From Barnesiella sp. (GTDB lineage Bacteria > Bacteroidota > Bacteroidia > Bacteroidales > Barnesiellaceae_A): DNA of 64,000 bases. The DNA lies in assembly GCA_045645425.1 (NCBI GenBank), contig JAZRIS010000017.1, positions 1,573 through 65,572 on the forward strand. Reading direction: 5' to 3'. The notes beneath the pieces are model-generated. The model had not been told where the DNA came from, ran no database searches, and saw only the letters and a program-made list of their open reading frames with translations. Numbering within the stretch: the stretch's first letter is position 1; every line of letters begins with the position of its first letter. Below are positions 30,847-40,684 of this stretch, piece after piece. A program made the translations under genes and the position numbers.

Positions 30847-33510
30847 ATGAGCGACACAACAAAAGATACAGACAACATCTTCGATGACAATGAGCCTCAA
30901 CCTCTCGACGAAGCTACCAACACATCGGGTTTTGCAACTTCCATGACCGACAGTGGCGATACCAAGTTGCACCTATCGGGAATGTATCGAAATTGGTTTC
31001 TCGAATATGCCTCATATGTCATTCTCGAACGTGCAGTGCCCCATCTTGCCGATGGATTGAAGCCCGTACAACGCCGCATCCTGCATGCCATGAAGCAACT
31101 CGAAGATGGTCGCTACAACAAGGTTGCCAATGTCATAGGCTCGACAATGGCCTACCACCCGCATGGCGATGCCTCCATTGGTGACGCTCTTGTGCAGATG
31201 GGACAAAAAGACTTGCTCATCGACTATCAAGGTAATTGGGGTAACATCCTCACCGGCGACAGTGCCGCTGCGCCCCGTTATATAGAAGCTCGCCTGTCAA
31301 AGTTTGCCCTCGAAGTGGTATATAGCCCCAAAGTGACCGAGTGGCAGCTATCGTACGATGGTCGCAAGAAAGAGCCCGTAACTCTACCCGTCAAGTTCCC
31401 GTTGCTATTGGCACAAGGCGTAGAGGGTATTGCAGTGGGTCTATCTTCAAAGATATTGCCTCACAACTACAACGAAATACTCGATGCTGCCATCGCATAC
31501 TTGCAAGGGCAAGACTTCAAGCTATACCCCGACTTTCGCACCGGCGGATACATTGACGTATCTCGCTACAACGATGGCGAACGCGGTGGAGCCGTTAAGG
31601 TGCGTGCCAAGATTGACAAGATAGACAATCGCACTTTGGCCATTACCGAGATACCTTACGGCAAGACAACATCGACCCTTATCGAGTCGATACTAAAAGC
31701 CCAAGAAAAGGGAAAAATAAAAATACGCAAGGTCGATGACAACACCGCCGCTCAAGCCGAGATACTCATTCACTTGCCGGCCGGCGTCTCTTCCGACAAA
31801 ACGATAGATGCTCTCTATGCCTTTACCGATTGCGAGGTAAGCATTTCGCCCAACTGTTGTGTCATCGATGACAAGAAGCCGCACTTCCTATCGGTAAGCG
31901 AGGTATTGCGTCGCAGCGTCAATCGCACCCGCGACTTGCTACGCCAAGAATTGGAGATAAAATTGCAGGAGTTGCACGAGGCGTTGATGTTTGCCTCTCT
32001 CGAAAAGATTTTCATCGAAGAGCGCATCTACAAAGATCGTGAATTTGAGGAGAGCCGCTCGATGGACGAGGCCGTGGCACACATCGACAAGCGACTCACC
32101 CCATTCAAGAAGCTATTTGTACGAGAAATCACTGCCGACGACATCCTGCGCCTCATGGAGATAAAAATGGCCCGTATCTTGCGATTTAACTCGGAGAAGG
32201 CCGAGAACTTCATTGCGGAGAAGAAAGAGCAAATAGCCGAAACGCAACATCACTTGGCTCACCTCACCGACTACACCATCGCATGGTACACTCACCTCAA
32301 GGAGAGCTACGGAAAGAACTTCCCCCGCATTACCGAGATACGCAACTTCGACACCATAGAGGCTACCAAAGTGGTTGAAGCCACCGAGAAACTATACATC
32401 AACAAAGAAGATGGATTTATGGGCACAGGGTTGCAACGCGACCCCAACGCCGAGTTTGTGTGCAACTGCTCCAATATCGACGACATCATTATCTTCTATA
32501 AAGATGGTCGCTACACCGTCGTCAAGGTTGCCGAGAAACAATTTATTGGCAAGAACATCCTTCATATTGATGTATTCAAGCGCAACGATACTCGCACCAT
32601 ATACAACGTAATATACATGAACGGAAAGGGTGGCGTACACTACATGAAACGATTTGCCGTTACGGGTATTACCCGCGACAAGATATACGACCTCACACAA
32701 GGCAAGCCCGGCTCTCGCATCAAGTGGTTTACTGCCAACTCCAATGGCGAGGCCGAAACCGTAAAGGTTGTGCTTGAAAAGACCATTCGTTCCAACAAAG
32801 ACCATGTAATGGTAGATTTCAGTACATTGGCCATCAAAGGACGTGCCTCGATGGGCAATATCGTTACCAAAGGCATTGTGCGCTCTATGTCGTTGGCTGC
32901 CAAGGGCGGCTCTACTTTGGGAGGTCGCGATGTGTGGTTCGACCGCGATGTTCTACGCCTCAACTATGACAAGAGAGGCGAATATTTGGGAGAATTTCAC
33001 AATAACGACCTTGTTCTTGTGGTGCTTGACAATGGCGATTTCTATACCACCAACTTCGACGCTACCAACCACTACGAGGCCAATATATTGCTCATAGAGA
33101 AGTTTGACCCCAACCGCACTTGGACCGTACTGCTCAACGATGCCAATCAACAGGGTCTTCCATACATCAAGCGCTTTAAAATTGAGGCATCCAACCGCAA
33201 GCAAAACTTCTTGGGCGACAACCCCGCCTCCAAGATGATATTGTATAGTCGCGAGGCATATCCCCGATTTGAGGTAAAAATGGGAGGTGGCGATGCTTTC
33301 CGAGACCCCATCATTATTGATGCCGACGAGTTTATCGCTATCAAAGGCTTCTCGGCCAAGGGTAAGCGCATTACGCAATACACCATAGACTCCATTACCG
33401 AATTGGAGCCTGCACGCCATGAAGAGCCCGAAAATAATGCCCCCGCTACCGACGAGCTACCGCCCATTGACGGACAACTGAGCATATTTCCTGCCGAAGA
33501 GATAGATTGA
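30847..33510 (+). CDS. parC: DNA topoisomerase IV subunit A (Bacteroidetes type)
   Basis: YASYVILERAVP..DGLKPVQRRIL, YHPHGD, catalytic AAPRY; start at ATG 30847. Confidence 0.92.
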   Translation: MSDTTKDTDNIFDDNEPQPLDEATNTSGFATSMTDSGDTKLHLSGMYRNWFLEYASYVILERAVPHLADGLKPVQRRILHAMKQLEDGRYNKVANVIGSTMAYHPHGDASIGDALVQMGQKDLLIDYQGNWGNILTGDSAAAPRYIEARLSKFALEVVYSPKVTEWQLSYDGRKKEPVTLPVKFPLLLAQGVEGIAVGLSSKILPHNYNEILDAAIAYLQGQDFKLYPDFRTGGYIDVSRYNDGERGGAVKVRAKIDKIDNRTLAITEIPYGKTTSTLIESILKAQEKGKIKIRKVDDNTAAQAEILIHLPAGVSSDKTIDALYAFTDCEVSISPNCCVIDDKKPHFLSVSEVLRRSVNRTRDLLRQELEIKLQELHEALMFASLEKIFIEERIYKDREFEESRSMDEAVAHIDKRLTPFKKLFVREITADDILRLMEIKMARILRFNSEKAENFIAEKKEQIAETQHHLAHLTDYTIAWYTHLKESYGKNFPRITEIRNFDTIEATKVVEATEKLYINKEDGFMGTGLQRDPNAEFVCNCSNIDDIIIFYKDGRYTVVKVAEKQFIGKNILHIDVFKRNDTRTIYNVIYMNGKGGVHYMKRFAVTGITRDKIYDLTQGKPGSRIKWFTANSNGEAETVKVVLEKTIRSNKDHVMVDFSTLAIKGRASMGNIVTKGIVRSMSLAAKGGSTLGGRDVWFDRDVLRLNYDKRGEYLGEFHNNDLVLVVLDNGDFYTTNFDATNHYEANILLIEKFDPNRTWTVLLNDANQQGLPYIKRFKIEASNRKQNFLGDNPASKMILYSREAYPRFEVKMGGGDAFRDPIIIDADEFIAIKGFSAKGKRITQYTIDSITELEPARHEEPENNAPATDELPPIDGQLSIFPAEEID

Positions 33511-33512
33511 GT

Positions 33513-34370
33513 ATGAAACGATTGCTATATATACTCACACTTCTTGTCACACCGCTCATAGCCTCCTCGCAAGCCAATGAGGCACTCCCGCAATGCCCCA
33601 TCTTCACAGCCATAGAGTTTGAAGCCGGTGGATGCCGCCTCATCGACACCTACCTCTCGCCATGGAGTTATTCGGGCTGGAACATAGCCCTTAATGTAGA
33701 GTTGATGCAAGCAATGAAACCCGACAACTATCGATGGGTGTGGCAACAACTCATAGGGCTCAACTATGGCTCTACCCGATTGAGCATATCGGGCAACGGA
33801 CTCACAATAGCCGGTGGAGCCAATTACAGCTTTGCCATGATGCACCGCACAAGCACACCCATCGAGCGATTGCAATTATATTATGGTGGCAATGCAACAC
33901 TCATGGGAGAAGCTATATACAACTATCACGGAGGCAACAACCCTGTCAGTGTCAAAGCCGACCTCTCGTTGGGAGTGACCGCCATGGCAGCATACCACTT
34001 TACATTGGGTAAACTTCCCTTTACCGCCCGCTACCAAGTAATGCTTCCCGTTATAGGCATCTTTGCTCAACCCGAGTATGCCGAGCCCTACTACGAAGTG
34101 GGATTGGGAAATTATCAAGGATTTTTACATTGCGGCACATGGGGCAATCGTTTCGATATAGACAATCGCATTACTATCGACATGCACATGAGTAATTGGG
34201 CATTGCGCATAGGCTACCACAACCGCATCAATACCACCTACACCAACAACAATCGCTACCAACTTGTGATGCACAACGTTACGATTGGATTTGCCGGCGA
34301 TATATTGAGCGTCGATAACAAGAAGTCAAACCGTCATATTGTCAGGGCTCTATACCTCATGCCTCAATGA
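33513..34370 (+). CDS. DUF3316-type putative outer-membrane beta-barrel
   Basis: Signal peptide; DTYLSP..YSG, N.NNPV..KA, P.Y...YYE, alternating beta-strand pattern. Confidence 0.7.
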   Translation: MKRLLYILTLLVTPLIASSQANEALPQCPIFTAIEFEAGGCRLIDTYLSPWSYSGWNIALNVELMQAMKPDNYRWVWQQLIGLNYGSTRLSISGNGLTIAGGANYSFAMMHRTSTPIERLQLYYGGNATLMGEAIYNYHGGNNPVSVKADLSLGVTAMAAYHFTLGKLPFTARYQVMLPVIGIFAQPEYAEPYYEVGLGNYQGFLHCGTWGNRFDIDNRITIDMHMSNWALRIGYHNRINTTYTNNNRYQLVMHNVTIGFAGDILSVDNKKSNRHIVRALYLMPQ

Positions 34371-35386
34371 AATCACAACACCTATTATATATTGTAGCAA
34401 TAGTGCTGGTTGCCCATTTGCAGGCATGCTTTGTCAATGACGACCTACACATAGAGAATAATGCACAAACAAACTTTGATGCACTATGGAATACCATCGA
34501 CCAACACTACTGTTTCTTCGATTACAAAGGAGTAGATTGGGACTCGGTATATAATCACTACGCCCCTCGCATCAAGGAGGATATGAACGACTTGGAGCTA
34601 TTCAATCTGTGTGGCGAAATGCTGGCAACTCTCCAAGATGGGCATGTCAATCTTGCAGCTCCGTTTGGCACAACCTACTATTGGAAGTGGTTTCAAGACT
34701 ACCCCGTCAATTACGACGAGCGCATTGTACACGAGAACTACCTGCATTTTGACTTCTACACAAGCGGTGGTATTGTTTATAAAAAACTGAACAACAATAT
34801 CGGCTACATCTACTACGATAGCTTCAGCAGCAACATCAGCCACCTGACTCTCGACTACATATTGGCACACTTCATTACCTGCGATGGCATCATTATCGAT
34901 GTGCGCAACAATGGCGGAGGCTCGCTATCCAATGTCGAGGTTATAGCATCGCACTTCATCACCGAGCCTATACTTGCCGGATATATATCACACAAAACAG
35001 GCCCCGCACACAATGCTATTTCCGAGCCTTACCCCTTCTATTACGAGCCTGCCTACGATCACATTATATACGGCAAGTCGGTGGTCATCCTCGCCAACCG
35101 CCATACATTCAGCGCTGCCAACAACTTTGTTCAAGTAATGAAGTCACTACCCCAAGTAACCATTATAGGCGACCGCACAGGCGGAGGTAGCGGTCTGCCA
35201 TTTACCTACAATCTGCCCAACGGCTGGAACATACGTCTATCGGCATCGCCCATGCTCGATGCCGAAGGGAATGATACCGAATGGGGTATAGACCCCGACA
35301 TAAAGGTAGATATGGCACCCGATGCATCATTGACAGGTCGTGATGCCATCCTCGACAAAGCTATCGAATACTTGTTGTCAAAGTAA
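34367..35386 (+). CDS. S41 family peptidase lipoprotein
   Basis: Lipobox LQAC; NFDALW...D.HY.FF, L.DGHV, IIDVRNNGGG, FSAAN, GDRTGGG, GIDPD. Confidence 0.9.
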   Translation: MKSQHLLYIVAIVLVAHLQACFVNDDLHIENNAQTNFDALWNTIDQHYCFFDYKGVDWDSVYNHYAPRIKEDMNDLELFNLCGEMLATLQDGHVNLAAPFGTTYYWKWFQDYPVNYDERIVHENYLHFDFYTSGGIVYKKLNNNIGYIYYDSFSSNISHLTLDYILAHFITCDGIIIDVRNNGGGSLSNVEVIASHFITEPILAGYISHKTGPAHNAISEPYPFYYEPAYDHIIYGKSVVILANRHTFSAANNFVQVMKSLPQVTIIGDRTGGGSGLPFTYNLPNGWNIRLSASPMLDAEGNDTEWGIDPDIKVDMAPDASLTGRDAILDKAIEYLLSK

Positions 35387-35421
35387 TAGAAGTTCCGAAT
35401 TAACAATATTCAATAATAGAT

Positions 35422-35464
35422 AAAGAGCCGATTCCCCAACGCAGGAGTCGGCTCTTTGCTTTTA
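35422..35464 (+). terminator. Intrinsic terminator
   Basis: AAAGAGCCGA...TCGGCTCTTT followed by a T-rich tract. Confidence 0.8.
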
Positions 35465-35710
35465 TTATTGCTTTGTAAAAACCCCACAAGTGACAAGAAA
35501 TTAATGAGCGAATAAAGTTGTGCAGCATAGCTTTTAAATTAATCTATTTTAACTTTTATTTAGGGGAGGGCAACTATTCTTTTTAATATTTTTGTATTTA
35601 AATATAGTTTTATCCTACCCCTTGATTGTTGCACGTAAGTAGCTCTATCATGGCATGATAAAACTATATTCACTGCCTCTGTATGACTTTTTCACCTAAT
35701 ATAAGATTTT

Positions 35711-37126
35711 ATGATTTTCAACTCATTCAATTTTATTATTCTGTTTCCCTTTATATTTCTACTCTACTATGTCATCCCGGCAAAATATAGTAAGGCAAGA
35801 AATATGTATTTACTCCTTGTAAGCTATCTGCTCTACTTACAATGGAAACCCATTTACGCATTGGTACTACTATGGGTAACAATAGTCACCTATTTTTCGG
35901 CATTGCACTTAAAGAGAGCGCAACGACCCAAAGTATGCCTTACATTTGGCGTGATATTGGCACTCATTCCTTTGTTGTTTTTCAAATACTTCAATTTCGT
36001 CAATGACAGCATTAGCGATATATTGTCAATGATTGGCTTGAAGTTTCATCTGCAAGGACTTAATTGGGCTATCCCCATCGGTATATCCTTTTACACCTTC
36101 CAAGCATTGGGATACCTATGGGATGTATATTACAAGCGATGGGAGGCCGAGAAGAACTTCCTCACTTATGCCCTGTTTGTATCATTCTTTCCCAGTATTC
36201 TATCGGGTCCCATTAACAAGGCTTCTTTGATTATACCTCAACTCTCCAATTTAAGACAGCACTTTGACTACGGCAAAGCGGTTGAAGGACTCAAACTCTT
36301 ACTATGGGGTATGTTCATGAAGGTAGTTGTAGCAGATAGAGTAGCTCTATATGTCGATACAGTATTACCCAACTACATGAACTATACCGGCATATCATGT
36401 CTTGTCGCCAGCTTTTTATATACCATTCAAATATATGCCGACTTTGCAGGATACTCATTAATGGCAATAGGTGTAGGCAAAGTGCTCGGTTTTGAACTGA
36501 CCGAGAACTTCCGTCGCCCCTATTTTGCAACCAGCGTTACCGACTTTTGGCATCGTTGGCATATTTCTCTTTCGACATGGCTCAAAGACTATATTTACAT
36601 ACCCATGGGAGGTAGCCGATGCTCCAAACTGAAGAACTATTGGAATATCTTCGTAACCTTTTTGGTTAGCGGCATCTGGCATGGAGCAAATTGGACATTC
36701 ATTGCATGGGGATGTATGCATGGAGTATGTCAAATAATAGAGAAAATGTTAGGACTACAGAAAGGCAATTATAGATGGTTGGGCAAGAGCATCAGGATAA
36801 TCACCACCTTTATTATCGTCAATTTTGCTTGGATATTCTTCCGCATGCCCACACTATCCGATGCATGCGCAGTAATAGCAAGAATATTCGATCCCACGCT
36901 GCCAACTTCTATATATATGGCAGCATTACCAACTCCTCTGTTTATTGTTATAGGCGTAGCTCTTTTGTTCCTGAAAGACTTACGCGATGAGTTCTTCCCC
37001 AATCGATTGCTGCTGATGAATAATAAAAATGTATATATAAGATGGGCTACTTATGTAATCCTACTCGCCACAATCATCAGTTCCGGTGTGTTTAGTTCCG
37101 ACCAATTTATTTATGCTAACTTCTAA
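35711..37126 (+). CDS. MBOAT O-acyltransferase (AlgI/DltB-like)
   Basis: MIFNS..F, PIGISFYTFQ, GPI, QIYADFAGYS, NFRRPY, FWHRWHISLSTW, SGIWHGA, FIYANF. Confidence 0.93.
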   Translation: MIFNSFNFIILFPFIFLLYYVIPAKYSKARNMYLLLVSYLLYLQWKPIYALVLLWVTIVTYFSALHLKRAQRPKVCLTFGVILALIPLLFFKYFNFVNDSISDILSMIGLKFHLQGLNWAIPIGISFYTFQALGYLWDVYYKRWEAEKNFLTYALFVSFFPSILSGPINKASLIIPQLSNLRQHFDYGKAVEGLKLLLWGMFMKVVVADRVALYVDTVLPNYMNYTGISCLVASFLYTIQIYADFAGYSLMAIGVGKVLGFELTENFRRPYFATSVTDFWHRWHISLSTWLKDYIYIPMGGSRCSKLKNYWNIFVTFLVSGIWHGANWTFIAWGCMHGVCQIIEKMLGLQKGNYRWLGKSIRIITTFIIVNFAWIFFRMPTLSDACAVIARIFDPTLPTSIYMAALPTPLFIVIGVALLFLKDLRDEFFPNRLLLMNNKNVYIRWATYVILLATIISSGVFSSDQFIYANF

Positions 37127-37131
37127 CGACA

Positions 37132-38037
37132 ATGAAAAAGTTCTTAATAAAGATTGCAATATTATTTATAATCACTGCCATATGCGATATCCTCTTTGGC
37201 AAAGGGATGGACTATGTCGTAAATCATATTGAAGTAGGCGGACAGGGCCGAGATAACTACATATGTAACACCGCCGAAGAAGATATTCTCATCTTTGGCT
37301 CATCGCGTGCTGTCCACCACTACAACTCGCAAATGATGGAAGACTCTTTGGGACTTACATGCTATAACTGCGGTGATGATGGAAACGGAATTATCTTAAG
37401 CTACGGCCGACTTCTCATGGCAAAAGAACGCCATCAACCCAAGATTATTATCCAAGATGTAACAACGGGATTTGATATAGATAAGAACGACAACAACAAA
37501 TATCTTGGATGGCTGAAAGCAAGATATGACCGAGAAGGTATTGCCGAGATATTTGACATGGTAAATCCCGAAGAGCAATATAAAATGCTCTCTCAAATGT
37601 ATAGATACAATTCCAAATATCTCCAAAACATATTTGTATATGCTACCGGTATCTCCTTCAATACCGGCATTAAGGGGTTTAGACCTATTGCCGGAGAGAT
37701 GGATACTATGAAAATCAGGAAAACACCCCAAACCCAAATTCATGAGATAGATTCTGTAAAACTCGAATTTGTAAAAAAATTTATCGCTGCCGCCGATAAT
37801 TCGCAGCTATACTTTGTCGTTTCGCCCGTATGGTACGGAAAGAATAGCGATGAAACAGCCCCCATTCGAGAGATATGCCAACAAGAAAATATCCCATTTA
37901 TCGACTTCTCCAACGACCCCAAATACGTCCACAACAATCAATATTTCAAAGACGGCACGCACCTCAATGCCCGAGGTGCCGATGAGTTTACAAAAGACCT
38001 TATAAAAATACTTAAAGAACAATACAACATGGAATAA
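37132..38037 (+). CDS. SGNH-like partner of the MBOAT (AlgJ/DltD-like)
   Basis: N-terminal membrane anchor, IFGSSRA (Ser block I), FKDGTHLN (DxxH); 5 nt downstream of the MBOAT gene. Confidence 0.7.
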   Translation: MKKFLIKIAILFIITAICDILFGKGMDYVVNHIEVGGQGRDNYICNTAEEDILIFGSSRAVHHYNSQMMEDSLGLTCYNCGDDGNGIILSYGRLLMAKERHQPKIIIQDVTTGFDIDKNDNNKYLGWLKARYDREGIAEIFDMVNPEEQYKMLSQMYRYNSKYLQNIFVYATGISFNTGIKGFRPIAGEMDTMKIRKTPQTQIHEIDSVKLEFVKKFIAAADNSQLYFVVSPVWYGKNSDETAPIREICQQENIPFIDFSNDPKYVHNNQYFKDGTHLNARGADEFTKDLIKILKEQYNME

Positions 38038-38133
38038 TCGCACTTGTTGTGCTATAAGTGCAACATCGACCAAGCGTTGCACTCGGTGTGAGAATAAATA
38101 AATGAGTAGTCGTAGCAAATTAATCGTCACAAA

Positions 38134-38165
38134 TTTGCTACATCCACAAACTTCTATTATCTTTG
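38134..38165 (+). promoter_or_regulatory. Bacteroidetes promoter for tRNA-Leu
   Basis: TTTG 38134-38137, 20-nt spacer, TATCTTTG 38158-38165. Confidence 0.75.
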
Positions 38166-38175
38166 CACCACCCAA

Positions 38176-38257
38176 GCGGATGTGGCGTAATTGGTAGCCG
38201 CGCCAGACTTAGGATCTGGTGTCGAGAGACGTGTGGGTTCGAGTCCCGTCATCCGCA
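38176..38257 (+). tRNA. tRNA-Leu (anticodon TAG)
   Basis: Acceptor stem GCGGATG/CATCCGC, D-loop AATTGGTA, anticodon arm CCAGA-CTTAGGA-TCTGG, long variable arm, T-loop GTTCGAGT; CCA not encoded. Confidence 0.97.
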
Positions 38258-38263
38258 CTGCAT

Positions 38264-38304
38264 ACGAGGAAGAAATAGCCACAAGGCTTCTTCCTCGTTT
38301 TTTT
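38264..38304 (+). terminator. Intrinsic terminator after the tRNA
   Basis: ACGAGGAAGAA...TTCTTCCTCGT plus a T-run. Confidence 0.85.
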
Positions 38305-38328
38305 GTTTCAAAAAGATTTAATCCTGCA

Positions 38329-38853
38329 ATGATGAAAGCTGTTAGATGTATAATGTTATGTATGGTGGCTCTATTGACCATGCCTGTGACTCGTGCGCAA
38401 GAAACTACCGAAGCCCCCAATAAGACAACTACCGTCATATCGGACAAGAAATTGTTTGATACTCTCGAAGAGTATAAAGATGCCGACAGCATGAACATAT
38501 CGTCATTCATGATAGGCATGGCCAAACTCATGGCTACAGGTGACGAGAAAGCGTTTCTCGACAATATAAAATCGATGCGCATCATTGACCTTGAGAAATG
38601 TAGCGACGCAGACAAGAGAAGATACATCGAATATATATCGTCGGTAGAACTCCAAAATTACGAGCCGGCTACCGATGTAACCAACGAGGATAGTCACGTG
38701 CGTATATATCTGAAAATCAAAGATGAGGTAGTAACCAATATGGTTATCGCTCAATGGGGTATCTCCCAAAATCTCATTATGCAAATCAATGGCAAATTGA
38801 CAATGAGCGATATCGAAAGAATGGCAAAAGGTGACAATCCTCCTATTAAGTAG
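38329..38853 (+). CDS. DUF4252-like secreted protein
   Basis: Signal peptide MMKAVRC...TRA; LF...Y......NIS.FMI.MAK, I.S..I.DL, V.IY.K, I.G.L...DI. Start moved downstream of the tRNA. Confidence 0.65.
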   Translation: MMKAVRCIMLCMVALLTMPVTRAQETTEAPNKTTTVISDKKLFDTLEEYKDADSMNISSFMIGMAKLMATGDEKAFLDNIKSMRIIDLEKCSDADKRRYIEYISSVELQNYEPATDVTNEDSHVRIYLKIKDEVVTNMVIAQWGISQNLIMQINGKLTMSDIERMAKGDNPPIK

Positions 38854-38865
38854 CCAAGTACAATC

Positions 38866-40539
38866 CTACTTTTCTACACGCCACCAATCTACATCTACCC
38901 ATCCCCCATCGTTGCTCACAATGGCAGGACGTGTACAGAATACTCCTACCTTGGCTCCTATCCATTTGCCCTCTCGCAATCGGAAAGTCTTGCCCAATGG
39001 CACATAGTCGATACCATCGACACTGTATGAGAAAGAGACTTCGACTATCATATCGGCACTACCCTCGCTCTTGAGTATCTTTTGCCCGGTATCGCAAAAT
39101 ACAGCTCGCAACAATATGGTTGAGGCATCAAGTGGCAGAGTGCTATTGACAACTTCATGACTGCCTTTATCGGCCTTATGGCACTCTACTTGCGACAAGA
39201 CGATACCCGATGGCGTATTTTCCATTACCACCCCGGCATAATCGAGCCCCATAACCAACAAGCCTGTACGCTCGCCATCATACTTGGTTGTGGGATTGAA
39301 CGTAAGTTGTGTCGTTACAACACTATTCGGTCCGGATGTTTTCTGCAACAACAGATTGGAGACATCGTATAGATTTTTATAATCATCGGGCACAGGAAAC
39401 GAATAGAGGCGCAGTCGGCTGTTTGCCGCATCACAAAAGTGCCAACGACAATCATAATTGGCATGCCATTGCCATTGCAATCCCAATAGCGTGCTATCAA
39501 ATTCGTCACTCTCCACAGGGGTATTTACGGGATAGACGGCCCCCACATCGGGTTTGCGATAACGAGCCACAGGCTCCCCACAACCATCGCCATCACTATC
39601 TACACCTATCACCGGCCAGCCATTGGCACTCCATCGCATTGGTTGCAAATGCACCACCCTGCCATAAGCGCCTACATCCTGGAAGTGTATAAACCAATCC
39701 TCGCCCGTAGAAGTATCTACCCATGCCCCTTGGTGCGGACCATTGACCGAGGTTGTCCCTTGTGACAACACCACTCGCGCTTCAAATGGCCCATAAGGAG
39801 AGGTGCTGCGCAAGACAGTTTGCCATCCGGTAGGTACACCACCGGCGGGAGCAAATATATAGTAATATCCATTACGTTTGTAAAATTTAGGCCCCTCGAT
39901 GGTAGGATGCTCATCGTGTCCGTCAAAGACTACACGACTTTGAGTAATGGCTTTGGTAGCCTCTTTATTGAGCTCACACACAAATAGCACACTCTTCAAT
40001 CCACCTCTACTACCGGCCATTGCATGCGCCATATACACTCTCCCATCGTCATCCCACAGGGGTGTAGGGTCTATATACCCCTTACCGGCAAGTACCAAGC
40101 AAGGCTCACTCCACACACCCCGCACGTCGGTAGTGCTTGTCATAAACACCCCCACATCGGGGTCACCCCAGAAGATATAATAGACTCCCTCGTGATGACG
40201 TATGCAGGGAGCCCACACACCACAACCATGTTGCACGCGGTTGTAGCGCTCGCGAGGCACATTTCCCCACGGCAATGCAGCTCCCACAATTTCCCAATTT
40301 ACCAAGTCGCGCGAATGGAGAATTTGCAACCCCGGCACACAGTTGAAACTCGATGAAGTCATATAGTAGTCATCACCCACCCGACACACATCGGGGTCGG
40401 AATAGTCGGCATAAAGAATAGGATTTTGATACTCGCCATTACCCATGTCGGCACACCACACTTGCGACACATATTGTGCAGCACATATGCGCAAGGCCAC
40501 ACATATCAACAAGGCCATAAAGATGGTAACTCTTTTCAT
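38866..40539 (-). CDS. Glycoside hydrolase family 43 (xylosidase/arabinofuranosidase-like)
   Basis: NPIL.ADYSDPD, SRDLVNW, WAP, IDP, IEGP, HQG, C-terminal beta-sandwich. Confidence 0.93.
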   Translation of the reverse strand: MKRVTIFMALLICVALRICAAQYVSQVWCADMGNGEYQNPILYADYSDPDVCRVGDDYYMTSSSFNCVPGLQILHSRDLVNWEIVGAALPWGNVPRERYNRVQHGCGVWAPCIRHHEGVYYIFWGDPDVGVFMTSTTDVRGVWSEPCLVLAGKGYIDPTPLWDDDGRVYMAHAMAGSRGGLKSVLFVCELNKEATKAITQSRVVFDGHDEHPTIEGPKFYKRNGYYYIFAPAGGVPTGWQTVLRSTSPYGPFEARVVLSQGTTSVNGPHQGAWVDTSTGEDWFIHFQDVGAYGRVVHLQPMRWSANGWPVIGVDSDGDGCGEPVARYRKPDVGAVYPVNTPVESDEFDSTLLGLQWQWHANYDCRWHFCDAANSRLRLYSFPVPDDYKNLYDVSNLLLQKTSGPNSVVTTQLTFNPTTKYDGERTGLLVMGLDYAGVVMENTPSGIVLSQVECHKADKGSHEVVNSTLPLDASTILLRAVFCDTGQKILKSEGSADMIVEVSFSYSVDGIDYVPLGKTFRLREGKWIGAKVGVFCTRPAIVSNDGGWVDVDWWRVEK

Positions 40540-40622
40540 AATCTTATCGTTGCAACATTATAGAGTTCAAAATTAATAAAACCGATATTCATGAGCAAAC
40601 AACAACCGTCAAAAAACACAAT

Positions 40623-40658
40623 AAAAACAGCGGATGCCCCGTCGATAGGAGCATCCGC
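40623..40658 (-). terminator. Intrinsic terminator
   Basis: GCGGATGC...GCATCCGC stem with a nearby A-run. Confidence 0.65.
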
Positions 40659-40684
40659 CAAGTTATACCTTATTGCATCAAGTA

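Noticed and set aside
38191-38328. N-terminal extension of the DUF4252-like ORF
   Set aside because: It overlaps tRNA-Leu and its terminator. The signal peptide begins at ATG 38329.
38176-38400. tRNA-Leu as an integration site for a genomic island
   Set aside because: I noticed no integrase and no duplicated tRNA 3' end (att) in the window.
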